Below, one piece after another: positions 1 to 13,428 of a stretch of DNA of 64,000 nucleotides; positions within the stretch are counted from its first letter, which is position 1; every line of letters begins with the position of its first letter. Where the stretch lies: assembly GCA_051294375.1 (NCBI GenBank), contig CM119271.1:14514770-14578769 (forward strand), read 5' to 3'. Under the pieces are notes generated by a model, which had not been told where the DNA came from, searched no databases, and saw nothing but the letters and a program-made list of their open reading frames with translations. Origin of the DNA: Paraspadella gotoi (lineage: Eukaryota; Animalia; Chaetognatha). Both the position numbers and the translations under genes were made by a program.

Positions 1-3000
1 CTCTCAACGCGGTTCCCCTTCCCATGGACTGCTGCACCAAACTGGGTTGTGGAGGCGATTGGCGGACCGTTCCAACGATTGGGCCGACGGTGCCGCCCAA
101 CGGCCCTACGGTGCCGCCTATCGGGCCGACCGCGCAGCCCCTTGCGCCGTAACTGCTTCGATCGCCACGTCTTCCGCCAAAGTCGTCGTCGTCGACGCCG
201 ATGGAGGATCGGATGTCGACGGCGCCGAAGTCTCTCGTCGACGAAGAGTTGGATTCGAATCCCGATGAAACGTCGGAGCGAGACAAAAATCTGGGTAAAA
301 TAGATGGGATAGTGCGGGGTGATTCGGAACAGGGGTAAAACGGAACACCTCCCATTTTTTTTTAAAAATACGGCCCCTAGGGGCCGCAGGATAAAAACCA
401 CTGCATCAACCTGTAGCGGGGACTCTTTCCTAGATATATCTATCACCAGAATTTTTTTTTCCATTTCCTGCGATGATATTTATTATTGACTACTTAAAAA
501 AGTGTTCCGAATTACTCCGTACTACCCTAGGTTTATGGCAACCGGGTGTGAGGAATCTCCCAACAGCTGGCGCTCAGGGCTTTAGACCTGTAGTGACCAC
601 CCCATTTCACTGGCGAGTTTATGCCGACACTATCAAACTTTTAACCAGCGTGACCGTGAGACGATTGAACCAGGAACTCACAGTTGGTGAACGAATACTT
701 AGCTGTCCAAGCCAATGGGATGAGCTGAGTTTCACCAAGCTATACGGGAGGCGAAATTAGGATTTGTCACAAGTTAACTATTTAATCATTTTATACGTAT
801 TAGGTAAAGCTAAATAAATCTTAAAATATATCATACAAGTTACAAAATGCAAATGAGTTCTTTACGCCGGACTTCTTAATCCTAAAAGAAAAAGAGTTCA
901 AATTCCAACGCGACCGTCCCTCAAACCATATTTGAGATTGCGCGGTCTGCGATTACCCGCTGCCGCCGAAGTTAGACGAAGACGCGGATGAGTTGAGCGT
1001 CGACCACTTTGGCACCGGCTTTGGCGGAACGTGTTTCTCCGTCAGCGTGAAGTGAAAAGCCTGGAAAAATGACAATTTTATTGACTCTCTCTCCGAATGC
1101 GGCAGTCTGCTTCCCCTCCCTCCATTAAGCACCTTGGAGGCGCTGAGCGAATCCGAGATGGAGTAGCACCAGCGTTTGACGAACCCCAAAGCGCAAAACT
1201 TGCACTCGAGTTCCTCGTGAAAGGCACAGGAGGTTTCGGGTTCGAAGTCCCAGTTCGTCATACGCATCTCCTGCTCGCAACTGTGTCCTGCGGACGAAAT
1301 GGGGTTGCCAATTAGAGAGAAGAGGGAATCGGGCAAAGGAAAGGTGAAGAACAAATTTTTAAATTGGAAAAACAAATATTTATTATTATACCTTTTTCTT
1401 CCCAAAGAAAACAATAACCCGACTCCTCACACATCCCTTTTCCCAACTTGAACAACCAAAGAAGCAAGAGTAATTCTCAAGTGAGAATGAATCTCAATCT
1501 CATTAGCATAATGGCGTGTTTAAAATAAATGCCTTTTTATACTTTATATTAGATAGATGGGGGTTAGATGATTGACATCATTGTTGACATCTTTCCTTGC
1601 AATTTGCAACTTACTCGATGGTACGGCGGTGATGGTGGAGGATCTGGATTTGGAGTAGAACCCCATCAGCAGATCCTCCACAGCGAAGATCCTAATCTTG
1701 GGAAAAGCCAGATGAGAATCGTAGGTCCGCGCGTGTTCGTACAACCAATCCAAACACTTTTCCGTCGCCGAATTTTCAAACTCTGTCACGATGGATGGGT
1801 GAATTCATTTTCTTTTGTTTATTATGTATACAATTAATAATACACCAATTAATAATGCCCTTACCGTCGCCGAGACAATAGACGGGCGGAAAGTTGCGTC
1901 CTTCGCCGTTTGGGTCAAGGAATTCGCAAAGTCGACGCCAGATGCCGTAGTAGTCGTCGTTCCAATGATCGAACTCTTCGCCTGGCGACCGGAGAGAAAT
2001 AATCAAAATTTTTAGATTGATCTGACCTGGGACCGAGAGTCCATGCGATGTCAATTTCCAAGTTAAAAAGTTAAATCACTGCTAGTAAGCCTCATTGCAT
2101 TAATTTTATTGATAATATTTTACCTAATGACGAACCAAAATATACTAGTATCTACAGTATGTACGTACTACTTTTGTCTTTAATTTACCCGGATCGTAGG
2201 GCAGCTTGTGTCGTCGCTCCGAGTGAGACTTGGCCTCCGATTTGTAGCCGATGGGGACGGGACCGGGAAGGATGAAGCTGTGATATGTCCGGATAATGCC
2301 TGGCGGCCCGTAATTGAAAAATATATATATATTTAATTAGAATAATATTGAATATTACTTAATAACTGACTCTCACCGTGGAACAAGGAGTATTCGGAGA
2401 GTCCGATTTCCGCGGGGAGGAAATACCCGCCTTCTTCCTCCACGAACAACAGATACTCAAAATGGATCATGTAGAACTTCTTCTCCAAAAGGGCGTCGCC
2501 TTTTATTAATTTAATTATATTTTATTAAATATACTTGCAACCGGTAAATATAATCAAGTTACCTGATGGAAGAAGGGACTTGATCTCGGCCTGATCGGAT
2601 TTCCGTCGTCGGTCCATCTCCATGGCGAGATCCCTGTACTCGGTGATGGGTCGACCCTGGTTGTCCAGCCGGGATCCGTCTCCCTCGGCCCCACGCATTT
2701 TCTGATAAATAAATAATTACATGATTAAATCATTTAGTAGAATTATCTCCCATATTTAATCTATAACGACGGCCAACCTGCTTGTGCGCTTTGGCTTTGG
2801 CGTCGTAGCGTTTCTTCACTTCATCGGGCTCCTTCTTCCAAAGCGGATGCGCCAAGGGGACGCAGTCCGCGATGCTGTTGACTGTGTGGCCTGAAAAACA
2901 ACAATCATCGAGTAGGAATCAATGTGTTTCAAGTTTAAACTCAAGTTTAAATGGAAACGTCACGAATTATATAAGCAATTAATTTTGTGTACTAAATATA

Positions 3001-3076
3001 TACCTGATCGTCGAAACTCGTTCATCTTGTCTTGCATGTAAAAGTAAAACGCATTCCTCGGCGGTTTCTTAGGCAT
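1..3076 (-). CDS. mael: Maelstrom (HMG box + MAEL domain piRNA-pathway protein), multi-exon, 3' end runs off the window
   Basis: ATG at 3076: MPKKPPRNAFYFYMQDKMNEFRR (HMG box). MAEL exons FLPAEIGLSEYSLFHGIIRTYHSFILPGPVPIGY and DFEPETSCAFHEELECKFCALGFVKRWCYSISD (ECHC Zn site). GT-AG introns join in frame; last visible exon 290..1. Confidence 0.92.
541..773 (-). mobile_element. tRNA-like dispersed repeat (family R1), copy 1, in maelstrom intron
   Basis: Aligns by eye with 10110-10327, 11790-11890 and 19116-19311. Minus strand has A-box-like TGGCTTGGACAGCTAAG and B-box-like GGTTCAATC. Confidence 0.8.
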
Positions 3077-4123
3077 TTTCGGTAGATTGTTTAAACAGAA
3101 TATATATATATATATATATAATGATATTTTAAAAATTTAAGTTATCTTTGAGATTTTAAAGTTAACGATCAAAACAGTTGATTTCATTCGATCGCGGGAA
3201 CCCTCGTCCTCGAAAGGTGAGTGTGATGTGAACTGACCTGAAACGACAAAGTCAACAACAGTTCGGAAAAAACTTGACCACGATTTCAGGTAAATATTAC
3301 ATAAAAATAGTATATATATATGAGCACGGCCGTATGGCAATTATCAAATGAGACTAGTGAGTAAAGCAAAAATGAAAACCGAAAACTGCATCGATTAGAC
3401 TGAAAACCAAATTTCATTTAAAACAATTACTTCTAACAGGTAAGTAACGCTTAATGGTTAAATTTTCATCAAAGTAGTAATAAAAATCGATACAATTACA
3501 GTTTCATTTAATGTTTATTACCGCATGCGTGCGAAAACGCATGATTGTGCAAAAATGCAATGAAAACCGCATGAAATGTGATAATTGAACAAAAAATGAA
3601 GTCTGTAGGAGCTCCATCCAAATTAGCACTTCATTGATAATAACTAAACACTGTAAAAAAAAAAAAAAGAAATCGCAAAGCGACAGAATCTAATACCGGA
3701 GCAAACAGCTTATAATTTTTTTGCCGAAAGCCGAGTTCGAATTAAAAACCCAGAACGGATTGATTTTCCTTCATTTGCATTCATTATTAATTAAAAAAAA
3801 ATATCTTAAGTTAATTAATATATTAAAAAAGCGCGCGGGTCGGGCGAAAAAAAACATACACATGATAAAAATTAACAAATGGACGATTAAAACGGATGAC
3901 TTAACTCTTGCTCGTCTCATTCCTGCAAAATTTGTCTCTGTCTCTCTCGCTCTCATAAAAAAATTTGTGAGACTTAAGATCTTCGCAATCTGGAGCCACG
4001 AGAACCAAATATCCTCCCCCAGGGACGATGCGAAGAATTCCCTTTAGTTTAATTTTAAAGATCGAAGTTACCGTATTTTCATACCAAGATGCAATTAAAT
4101 GGGGTCATCGTCGCGCGACCGAG

Positions 4124-5895
4124 TCATTTAGAGACGATGGCGGAGTCGGCCCGACTGTAGAGATAAACGGAGAGGACGACCAAAAAGGCGCCGAGGGTGA
4201 ATTGGATGGTGACGACGTAATCGAACAAATAGACGGAGGCGATGCAAGACACGATGATGGCGCCGGAGGTGGAAAATCCCTGGAGGTTAGGAGGTTCGTC
4301 CGTAAATAAATGATTTTAGCTAATGGTGTGCACAGGAAGACCAACCTTGAGAATGTTGTCGGCGTACTTGACAACGACGGCGACCATGAGGCCGCCTAAG
4401 GCTTGGACGACGACGATGGTCCAAACCCAAGCGTCGTAGCCGAAGAAAAATCCTTTGAAAGACAAAAAGCAAGACTTTTCAGGTCTATTCTAAAATTCTG
4501 ACTTTTTGTATTTCGTCCTCACAATTAACAATAGTTTACAACGCACCCTTATCTCTAATTGCCGCGCCATCGTTGATGAAAGCCCCAATGAGGCCGAAAA
4601 CAACGCCAAAGGTACCGAGTTGAACGTTTCTTAGCCAAAGAGATCCCGATGAGCCTAAAAAAACATTTAAAAACGAATAAGTTGTCGAACAATAACAAAT
4701 TGTATATTTGTATTGTATTTGTATTGTATATTTGCAATTCATCTTTACTTCCCTTTCGACTTCCCTACCCATTTCTATTCCACTCATATTCCAGTTCTTT
4801 TCCCTTTCCTATTCCTATCCCATTGCCTTCCATTTCCATCGTTTTCACTTTCTCATCCCATCCCAATCCATCCCCTTCCCCTACGTTTGAGGATCTTCTC
4901 GAAGTAGACTCCGGCGAATCCGCTGGAGACGCAAGAGATGATGACTGCAACGACGCCGACGAGTTGACTCTGACCCTGCGAGGTCAACGAGGGCGACTTC
5001 TTCGTCGCGTTTTGTATCTGGACGGTGCTGACCCCTGGAAAGGGCGCAAAATGGGCAATTCATGGATTCAGGAAAATTCTAACTTTCGGCATTATTTAAC
5101 CCAATTAATAATGTATATAAAATAATAATCTAAAACTTCTAGGAAAACCGAATCAAATGATATGAGAAATAAACTAAACTGAAAAATATGCAATTGATAT
5201 TGATAACTAATTTGAAATGATCCAACGGTTCCTCTGCTACACGTCCCATAAAAGTGGATTGTCCCGCTTACCGACGAAGAGGATCAAGAGAGCTCCCCAG
5301 TGGTGTTTGGTGAGCGTCTTCCCCAGCATTGAGACAGTGAAGAGGGCGGTGGTGAGTATCTTGAGCTGATAAGTGACTTGAAAGGTGGCCGCGTCCAGGT
5401 TGGACACTGCCACGTAGAGCAGGTTGTTTTGCAACGTGTAAATGCCGGAGGGGACGGCCAGTTTGAGGGTGTCCATCGGTTGCTGATTGGGGAAACGAGG
5501 GGGCGGGGGGAAGAGGGATGGTAAACTTTTCCCCGAAATTGTATCATGTTTTTTTAGTGTTCATGCGCGGAATTAAATTTCACCTTAATGATATTTTGAT
5601 CAAGGTGCGTCAGTAATCTCGAAAAGCTATATCCCTCTTGATAAAAAATGACGACCAGACAGATGAGAATCTTGAGCGCCTCCGTTACGACGACCACAGT
5701 GGTCGCCAAATACATGTCCACGTCCCTCGTCCGGGTGTGCCGCATAATGAGCACCAGCAGGGCGTTCTGGAGGCAGAGCGTCACGCAGGCCAGGTACCTG
5801 TATCCGGCCCATGTCTTGCCGGAAGAGGGGAAAAGTATATCGATGGTGCGCGAATCGCAGTTCGGTTTGGTTTGACTCTGCATCGTTCGCAACAT
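4124..5895 (-). CDS. SLC35A2: SLC35A-family nucleotide-sugar (UDP-Gal/UDP-GlcNAc) transporter, ~6 exons
   Basis: [22 protein letters not shown]; [45 protein letters not shown]; SLWLRNVQL; [14 protein letters not shown]...[15 protein letters not shown]2 versus A3 not resolvable by eye. Confidence 0.9.
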
Positions 5896-6501
5896 GATTC
5901 GATTTTGAGCCTTTTTTTTTAATCTCTTTTTTTTTAATCCCTTTTTTTTAGATCTCGATTTTTCTTTCGTTCGGGAATCGCGACCCCCGATTCGGTCGTG
6001 GGGGAAGGGATGATAGGGGAAGAGACGGAGTCGTGCCGCTGGATTTTTACTAGTGATTATCTCTATCGACCAAATAAAATATATATAAAAAGAAAATTAG
6101 TAACAAAATTAGTAACAACCGTCACCAAATGGAGGGACCTTAAAAGGTTTCCGGAAAATCAACATGTAATTACCAACGGTGAAATGCTCCTCTTTTAAAA
6201 GGGGGAATTACCGCTGCGTCTACGAAATTGTGACGTAATACATTTAAGCGTAAACTGTGCAAATTTCTAGATTAATTACGATCATGCTCCAAAGTAAAAA
6301 CTACGAACTAAAGAAGCGAGACTGGTTACAAGCAGGGAAGAGTCAGTGCGTGATACGAATTTATAAATTGACAAGGTTTAAATTTTAGTCTCGTCTTGGA
6401 AAAAGAGATACGGAAAAATACGAGAAAAAAAAGAAAATAATAGCTTTCGACAACTGAAAGGGACAAAAAAAAAGTTCACGATTATGTTTTTAATTTTATT
6501 C

Positions 6502-6676
6502 GCAAAGTTTTTAATTTTGTACAACGATTTTATTTAATAAGATGCAGACATGTTTCGGCTCACAAAATTCGAGCCTTCTTCAGCGCTTAGCATTTTGAAG
6601 AAGGCTCGAATTTTGTGAGCCGAAACATGTCTGCATCTTATTAAATAAAATCGTTGTACAAAATTAAAAACTTTGC
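6502..6676. mobile_element. Perfect 81-bp inverted repeat carrying a minimal hammerhead-ribozyme motif (Penelope-like LTR remnant)
   Basis: Arms 6502-6582 and 6596-6676 are reverse complements with a 13-nt loop. Minus arm reads CTGAAGA-AGGCTC..GAGCC-GAAA-CAT-GTC followed by AATAAA. Confidence 0.8.
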
Positions 6677-7232
6677 TAATCTCTCCAAAACAACGAAAGA
6701 AAGGATTACACCACGAATTAATTTTATTCGTAATTGAGACAGAAGAAATTGAGAAAAAGTAGGATAAATTTCGAGTTTCCGGAGGAAATTCCACTCGTTA
6801 TCTCTTTGGTTCGTCAAACCTGAGGTTTTTCCAGGGACAGAGCCTCGTCCGCTTTCGATGGTTTCCTTTCCTTCGCCTCCATAGGCTCTTCCTTCTCAAC
6901 GATCGATTCAGTTTCGCTCATTTTTTATTGCATTTTTTTGTAAAAACTAAAAACGAATACGAGTAACAAAAAAAAAAAATAATAATCAGAAAATAAAATG
7001 ACGATAATAAAAAAAAAAAAAAATGTCGATAACGGAAAATAAACGTTTGCGTAACGTGAATGAAAGAGACGAAGCTATTTCTTGGTTTGAGAATAGCATC
7101 GGAAACAACTGATGTTTCGGCCATTTTAAAAGATAAGAATAAACGTTTTGCAATAAATTCACTTTCAGACAATAGAACAAAGTCTCTTACTTAAAAAAAA
7201 GCCAAAACAACGACGCCCTCTATAATTGTTTA

Positions 7233-10200
7233 TCACGTCGTCACCGCCGAAGCGATCCGACGTCTTTCCGACGGCGCCATCGACAGGAACGCCTCCTTGG
7301 CACCGATTGCGTCTCTCGCTTGGGCCGCCAAATCCTCGGCCTCACGCGTCACGCGGCCGGGATCGACGTCATCCCCTCCGTCGCTGGACGGACCGTGCGT
7401 CAGGCGCAGCGTCACCGCCGCCTCGTCGAGCAGCGCCAGCGTCGTTGGCGTCGGCTGCTCGAGGAAGAGAAGGAGTTTCCCGAGTTTGAGAAGATGAATG
7501 CCGAGGGTCGGGTGGGAGGCGTCGTGGTAGCTTATTATGCAAAATTAAAATTCATCATTTGTAAAACAAGAAAAAAAGTCAAAAAATATATTCAAAACCC
7601 CTCCCCTCCAACACACCCCCTTCATTCCTTCCACTCACAATCTGATCGGCGCCAACATCTCCGTCCCGTGCTTCCTCGCTCCCTCCCATTTTCCCAAGTG
7701 CACGCAGAGATCGAAAGCGTGATCGAGCGTGCGCAGCATGTACACGTTGTAAGGATGAAGGACTGGACGTTGCAGGCGCAGGAGCTTCTCGCACAGATGC
7801 AACGTCTTGTCCAATCGATCGACGTTTTCGGCGGCGTCTTCTCCCTTTCGCACCTCCTCGATCTCGGCCAATCCGACAACGGATCGACGGACGGCGTCAA
7901 CACCGGATGAGATAAGAGCGTTTTTCTCGGCGACGGAAACTAAGCAGCGGCAGACGTCGCAGGGGGAGAAAGAGGCGCCGGAGAGGTCGAGGCGCCAGTC
8001 GGGAGAGAGGTGGAGGAGGTAGGCGTCGTCGTCGTCGTTGGAATCATCATTCAAAACCGGCGTCGAATTGAAGACGATTCGTCCCTCGCATTTCTTTCCG
8101 GTTTTTTGAGAAGAGGGACAACGAAAGCTGATAGTCGGGAGACAATGACGAGATAGAATTATATGAGCGGAAAAAAAACTCGCGGCTGCAGGAGAAACCT
8201 CCATCAGCAGCCGCGGCAGGAGACCGAGCCCATGAGGCCCACTGGGCCAAGACCAGAACAAGGGAGGCCCTCATAAACTCTATGACCCGGACTGGAGCCA
8301 AGAGCCAATAAGGAGAAGAGGGTTGTGAGTGACTCAGTTGTGGGCCAATGAGAACGCGGCCCTGGGGCTTGGTGAAGTGAGCGAGAGAGAGTAGATGGTA
8401 GGATTTTGCTGTGTATGGATTTTAGATTGTTTCTTGCGCTCACAAAAGAAAGAGCATGAAAATATTCTGTTACCTTTGACCTCGTGTTACCTAGACTCCA
8501 ATAGAATTCCTTGTCACCTTATTTCTTGCGTTATTATTACAAGACTCAACTCAGTTTGGATAAACTTCGATGGTATTCTTTTAAAAATCAGATTTATGGG
8601 GCTAATTTTCAACATTATTCACTCAACCCGCGTAAACAATGACTTTGTAACAAAAATCATATTATTTCTTATTTTCTTATTCAATTTCCTTTTGCTCATA
8701 GACTTAAGCCTGTTACCTCAACATGGCGGCGTCGCGATTCCCCAGCGTAATCGGCGTTAACCTTTCCTCATCGTCGGCTTTGTCCATGTCGTCGTCGTCG
8801 TCGTCTTTTTCAACGTCTCCGCACATCGAGCAACGACAAAGGAAGTGATACTGAGACGCGAGGCGAGAACGCCGCTCCCAAGTCGGCGCTAATGGATCCA
8901 CGTAGGAGAGAGAGAGATTGGAAAAGGCCAATTCCTGCGAGGATGAAATCGGGAAATTTAAAAAAAAAAAAAAGTGAAACATAAAATTATTTTAATTTTG
9001 TCCGAACATCACGTACGTATATACATAAGACTTTAGCCCCAAATTTTCCAATTAAACTCGACTACCTCAACCACAACACCTCCCCCCCATTCACTCGCCT
9101 CTATCTCCCGCCTCGCTCTTATGACTAAATTAATCCCGTTAAAAGTGGGAGTGAGATTTCCGTCGCATCGATGGTCGATCTTCGACGCTTGAAGGAAAAG
9201 ACCGACGCCGATGGGTCGTTGTTCAGTGTCGAGAATGGAGAAAGAGTTGACGGTCATACGGCCGAAGATTCCCGCTAAAACGAGGACCGACTGAGAGGGA
9301 AGTTACGAAGAAATCACAATTTCACGACTGTCTGCTCCTTTTATTTTAATGCCAGTGCGGAGTACAATTATGCCTATAGGATTACAGATTCATATTATAA
9401 AATGAGGTACCCCTTTTTTGTGACCAGAATCTGTTCCCACCAAACTACCGGATCGAATTTAATGAAATTTTACATTTAGAGTGGTAATGACTATATAAAT
9501 GGAACCATCAAGGCGAATTTTGATATTCAACCCGACAAGACATACAAGGCCCTGGGGGTGGACCCCTGGGGGGACAAAAAGTTTTTTCCATTTTTAAATT
9601 TTTTTTATTAATATCAGGTGCATTGACGTTTTAAACACATTAAAAAAATATTTTAGAACTAAAATTGATGAATTTTCAATAATTAAGCATGGTTTGAAGA
9701 TGCATGGTTCATCGTTTTACTTCCAATTTTCCCAAATTATTCCAAATCTGTCTTGAACTGCTGATGTTCATGAAGCTGAAAATTAAGGTTAACTAATATT
9801 TTTGATGTAATAAATACGTTTTTGTGGAAGAGTAAACGTCTGTGCAACTGTTTAAAACAAAAATAATAAAAAAATTGGAAACAAATTTTTGACCTTATTT
9901 TGCCCTAATGGGTGACCCCCCCGGGGGCCCATATCTCAATTATTGAAATTCGCCTCGATANNNNNNNNNNCTCGATAGTTCTATTCGTATTCACTTAGGG
10001 ATCGTTCATACCAAATTTCAATAAATTTGGTCAAGTAGTTTTCTCGGAACGAGTTCTGGTCACAAAAAAGGGGTACACCTCATTTTATAATATGAAGCCT
10101 TCTGTATAGTGTGGCGAATCATAAAATTCGCCTCCCGTGAAACTGATACTTGGACAGCTAAGTACTCGTTCACCAACCGTGAGTTCCCGGTTTAATCCCC

Positions 10201-10966
10201 TCACGGTCACGCTGGTTAAAAGTGTGATAGTGTCGGCATAAACTCGCCAGTGAAATGGCGTGGTCACTGCAGGTCCAAAGCCCTGAGCGCCAGCTATCGG
10301 GAGATACCTCACACGCCAGGTATCACACGTTGACATAATAGCATCTTTTACTTAGAAGATCCTTTTATTCAATTGAAACATTTAAAAAACCATATATCAT
10401 TATGCCAATTCAATGATAAGGAAGCTTTGAAATTTTGAAAAATTATTTGTTTCACTGTGTTTAATTTTTTTTGTTATTATCTTGCAAACATAGATCGTCA
10501 AAAGTTAGGACACACGTTAGCTTATTTATTGAATTAATGGATAACTTTATAAAACGACCTATTTCTCTAGCCCCTTCTCCAGTACCGATTGGTCGCCCGC
10601 CACACCCGTCGAAGCTTCCACACTCCCGCCCGCCGTCCGCGGATCCCCGGGGAAGAGGGCGTCAACGAAATCGGCGCCCAAAAAGACGCGCAGCGTCTCG
10701 CGGGCGACGACGAAGTCTTGGCGACGCCGCGGGTCGGCGACGAGATCCTCCACGTGGGAGACGAGATCGTCGAAGCATCGGGCGCCAGGAAGGAGGCCTG
10801 GGGTCGGGAAGGGGGGGAGTGTTTTTAAAGTCACTGGGTACATGGGTGGACGGTGGAGTGATCAGTGGTCACTCAAAGGACCGAGAAAAAATACATAGCA
10901 TGGTGCAATTCACAGTCCAGTCACTCTTGCACAAAGTAAAACTAAACGCAATTTTTTTTTCTCTCT

Positions 10967-11040
<74 letters not shown>

Positions 11041-11492
11041 AACACAAAATCTTCGAGTTGAATTCCCGAATCCTCACCGACGAACTCCCTCTTTTTCTCT
11101 CCGTCTCCGTCGGCGTGCCGCAGCACCAGCCGCGCCAGCAGCCGCACGCTGGCCGAGGGGACTTCCGGTTTGACGCGCAGGAATCCCTCGCACTCGCGTC
11201 GATGAAGCGGCCAAGCGAGGCGCTGGCATTCGCGAGTGCAGTAGTGCGCAGTTTTGCATTTCGAGCAGCGGGATAAAGATTTCTAGAAAAGAAGATTTTT
11301 AGGATTGGAGGCGTTAATATATAAACGGCTACAACAAGAAATGTCCACGTGAGGTTGCCCTCCCTGTACCTCTTGCAAGGATCCCGTCTTGAAGCATTGA
11401 TCGCATCGACGTCCCCGCTCTTTTCCAGCCAATACGTGGGCGTAAGGAGTATCGGTGAAGAGGACGTCTCCCGCAGCGGCGCTCCTCTTCAT
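7233..11492 (-). CDS. SMYD3: SET and MYND domain lysine methyltransferase (SMYD2/3-like), multi-exon
   Basis: GDVLFTDTPYAHVL, RCDQCFK, CSKCKTAHYCTRECQRLAWPLHRREC (MYND); GIFGRMTVNSFSILD..IGVGLF..KIDHRC (SET); QYHFLCRCSMC (post-SET); TPR-like tail YHDASHPTLGIHLLKLGKL. Confidence 0.88.
9389..10096. mobile_element. Non-autonomous DNA element with ~40-bp terminal inverted repeats in SMYD intron (contains assembly gap)
   Basis: TTCATATTATAAAATGAGGTACCCCTTTTTTGTGACCAGAA at left, near-perfect reverse complement at ~10053-10096, further degenerate subterminal inversion, no coding capacity. Confidence 0.8.
10110..10327 (+). mobile_element. tRNA-like dispersed repeat (family R1), copy 2, TGTG...CACA termini
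   Basis: Starts TGTGGCGAATC, ends GGTATCACA, internal GGACAGCTAAG and GGTTTAATCC; homologous to copies 1, 3 and 4. Confidence 0.8.
10960..11036. repeat. (CT)n microsatellite in SMYD intron
   Basis: Directly visible CT dinucleotide run. Confidence 0.95.
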
Positions 11493-11789
11493 GATTGTGA
11501 TTGCGGCGGCGATGTAGAGTTTTTTTTTTCCTTTTTTTTTGGGGGGGGGGCTGAGAAGATGAATGGAAGAAAAAAAACACGTTTACTTGACAAATAGAAT
11601 TCGAAACTTGGAAAACAATTCACGGTATTTTCGGTTTCTCGGACTGCGGTCGTTTGCATTGTTCAAGAAGAGGATTCAAACATTATTATCGTTATTCACT
11701 TATTGAGAACTTTTTTTCTGGACCTTAGACAGTGACCACCCAATGTCATCGGCGCGTTTATATAGGTACCATCACGCTTTTACCACCGT

Positions 11790-11890
11790 TACTGAGGGAA
11801 TTGAACTAGGAACTCGCGGTTGGTAAGCGAGTGTTCACTGTTTAGCTGTCCAAGCCATGTACGGAATGCGAATTTAGGATATCGCCCATG
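11790..11890 (-). mobile_element. Truncated R1 repeat copy 3, just downstream of the CKS1 stop
   Basis: TTGAACTAGGAACTCGCGGTTGGT..TTAGCTGTCCAAGCCA..GCGAATTTAGGAT matches 665-765. Confidence 0.7.
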
Positions 11891-11906
11891 ACTAGCCAAC
11901 ATTACC

Positions 11907-12259
11907 TTATACACCAGCTCCTTTCTTCGGCCTCCTAAACAAGAGGATGTGCGGTTCCGGCTCGTGCAGCATGTAGTGCACCCAACCGGGGGACATCTGC
12001 ACACCAAGGTTGCGCCACTCAGACTCGTTGAGCAGGTGTGTGGGCGGCACCATAGACGATATTTCCTGGAAAAGCGGAAAAGCTCACGTAAAGACGATTC
12101 ATTAACACATTTTTTTCTCCCAATTTAGAATGACCCTCTGATCCATCGAAGCCAGACCTGGGGTAAGGTCACGTGACGATACTCGTAACGTTCGTCGCAA
12201 TACTTGGCCGAGTAAAAGATGCTGTCGCCCCAACTGCCAGACTCCAAATCCTCCTCCAT
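11907..12259 (-). CDS. CKS1: Cyclin-dependent kinase regulatory subunit Cks, 2 exons (12259-12158, 12065-11907); not shown in the ORF track
   Basis: [34 protein letters not shown]|[52 protein letters not shown], containing the hallmark Cks motifs. Confidence 0.96.
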
Positions 12260-13428
12260 CAATGTTTAGTCGGGTCAAACTTGTCGCCAGTCAATTTCTC
12301 ATCCATTTGGCAAAGAGAGAGGAAATGCGAAGCTCGACTTTAGTTTAACGACTACGTATGAGTATTGAGTAAGAATGACAAAATTGCACGCATTCAACTC
12401 TTCCATCAAAATTTCCAAGCAGTGCAAAATGTATCACAGAATAAAATACCATCTTAAAAGTAGATGATAATCAATTAATCATGCGTAATTTGTTTGGTAA
12501 GTCAAAAAAATTGGTATCTCTACTAGGAAATGACTCAACGTGTCAAGTAGTAATATTCTAATTATCAAAGAAATTATGAAAGTTCAGAAAAAAGTAGTAA
12601 TTGAATATTTATGGCGGTACGACTTATTGAGTTCCTATTTGTCAGGCGACGAAACAATCGCAAGACTTAATCTCGTATTTTTCTCCCGAGATTACTTTTC
12701 TCCCTACGACACATTAAGGTATCTAACAACAAATACCGCTCATCCCATCTGGATGCCGAAAGGATTTGAATCATCATTTCCAATTTTGACCACATTTACC
12801 TATTTCACTGATATCCATTTCATCTCTATTTATGACCATTCTTTAAAATCCTGTTGGACATCAATCCGACTAAAGTTACTCTACTTGGCGAATTACCAAA
12901 GCTAACAAAGTCTCTCTATTTTTTTTCTGTCAAAATAAAAAAAAAGCGGAAGAAGCGTAAATGTATTGTTCAATGTTCATATAAACCTAAGTAAATGAGT
13001 GAACTTTGTGAACGAACAAACAAAATAAATGAGAAACTGGCACTATATATAAAAGTCAAGGCGACGATCGCTATCACAACTCGTTCAAAATTCAAGTCCC
13101 TTTTACCCGTGAATAAAAAAAGCATCAATCGTGATACAATCAACGGGAGAATGGGCAAATGGGGAAGCGGAAGCTTCCAACGAGTTATTAAAGACAATTA
13201 GTAATTCAGTAGCGGTGATATGCCCAAGTACCTATAAAAGTATTTCTACGTCTGTTAGTACAGAATGTATTCCAAAGAAAGTCTACGTAAAAAAAAAAAG
13301 TTTCTTTTATCCGACATAATAAAATGTTTGTCTTAATAAAATTGCGGTTAAAATACAGTCGAGCCTCGAGAGGTGTGAGCTAAACCAGACTGACGAAATG
13401 GCGCGAAAAAAATGAAATCGCGAAATCT

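Noticed and set aside
473-760. Similar ORFs at 473-760 and 10085-10336 (GAQGF..TTPFHWRVYADTI) suggesting a small gene family
   Set aside because: They are translations of the non-coding R1 repeat; the frame is not kept in other copies.
8175-8650. GC-rich intronic segment with CGCGGCTGC/GCAGCCGCG hairpin and CCAAT boxes
   Set aside because: Probably a transposon fragment; no termini, TSD or second copy could be defined.
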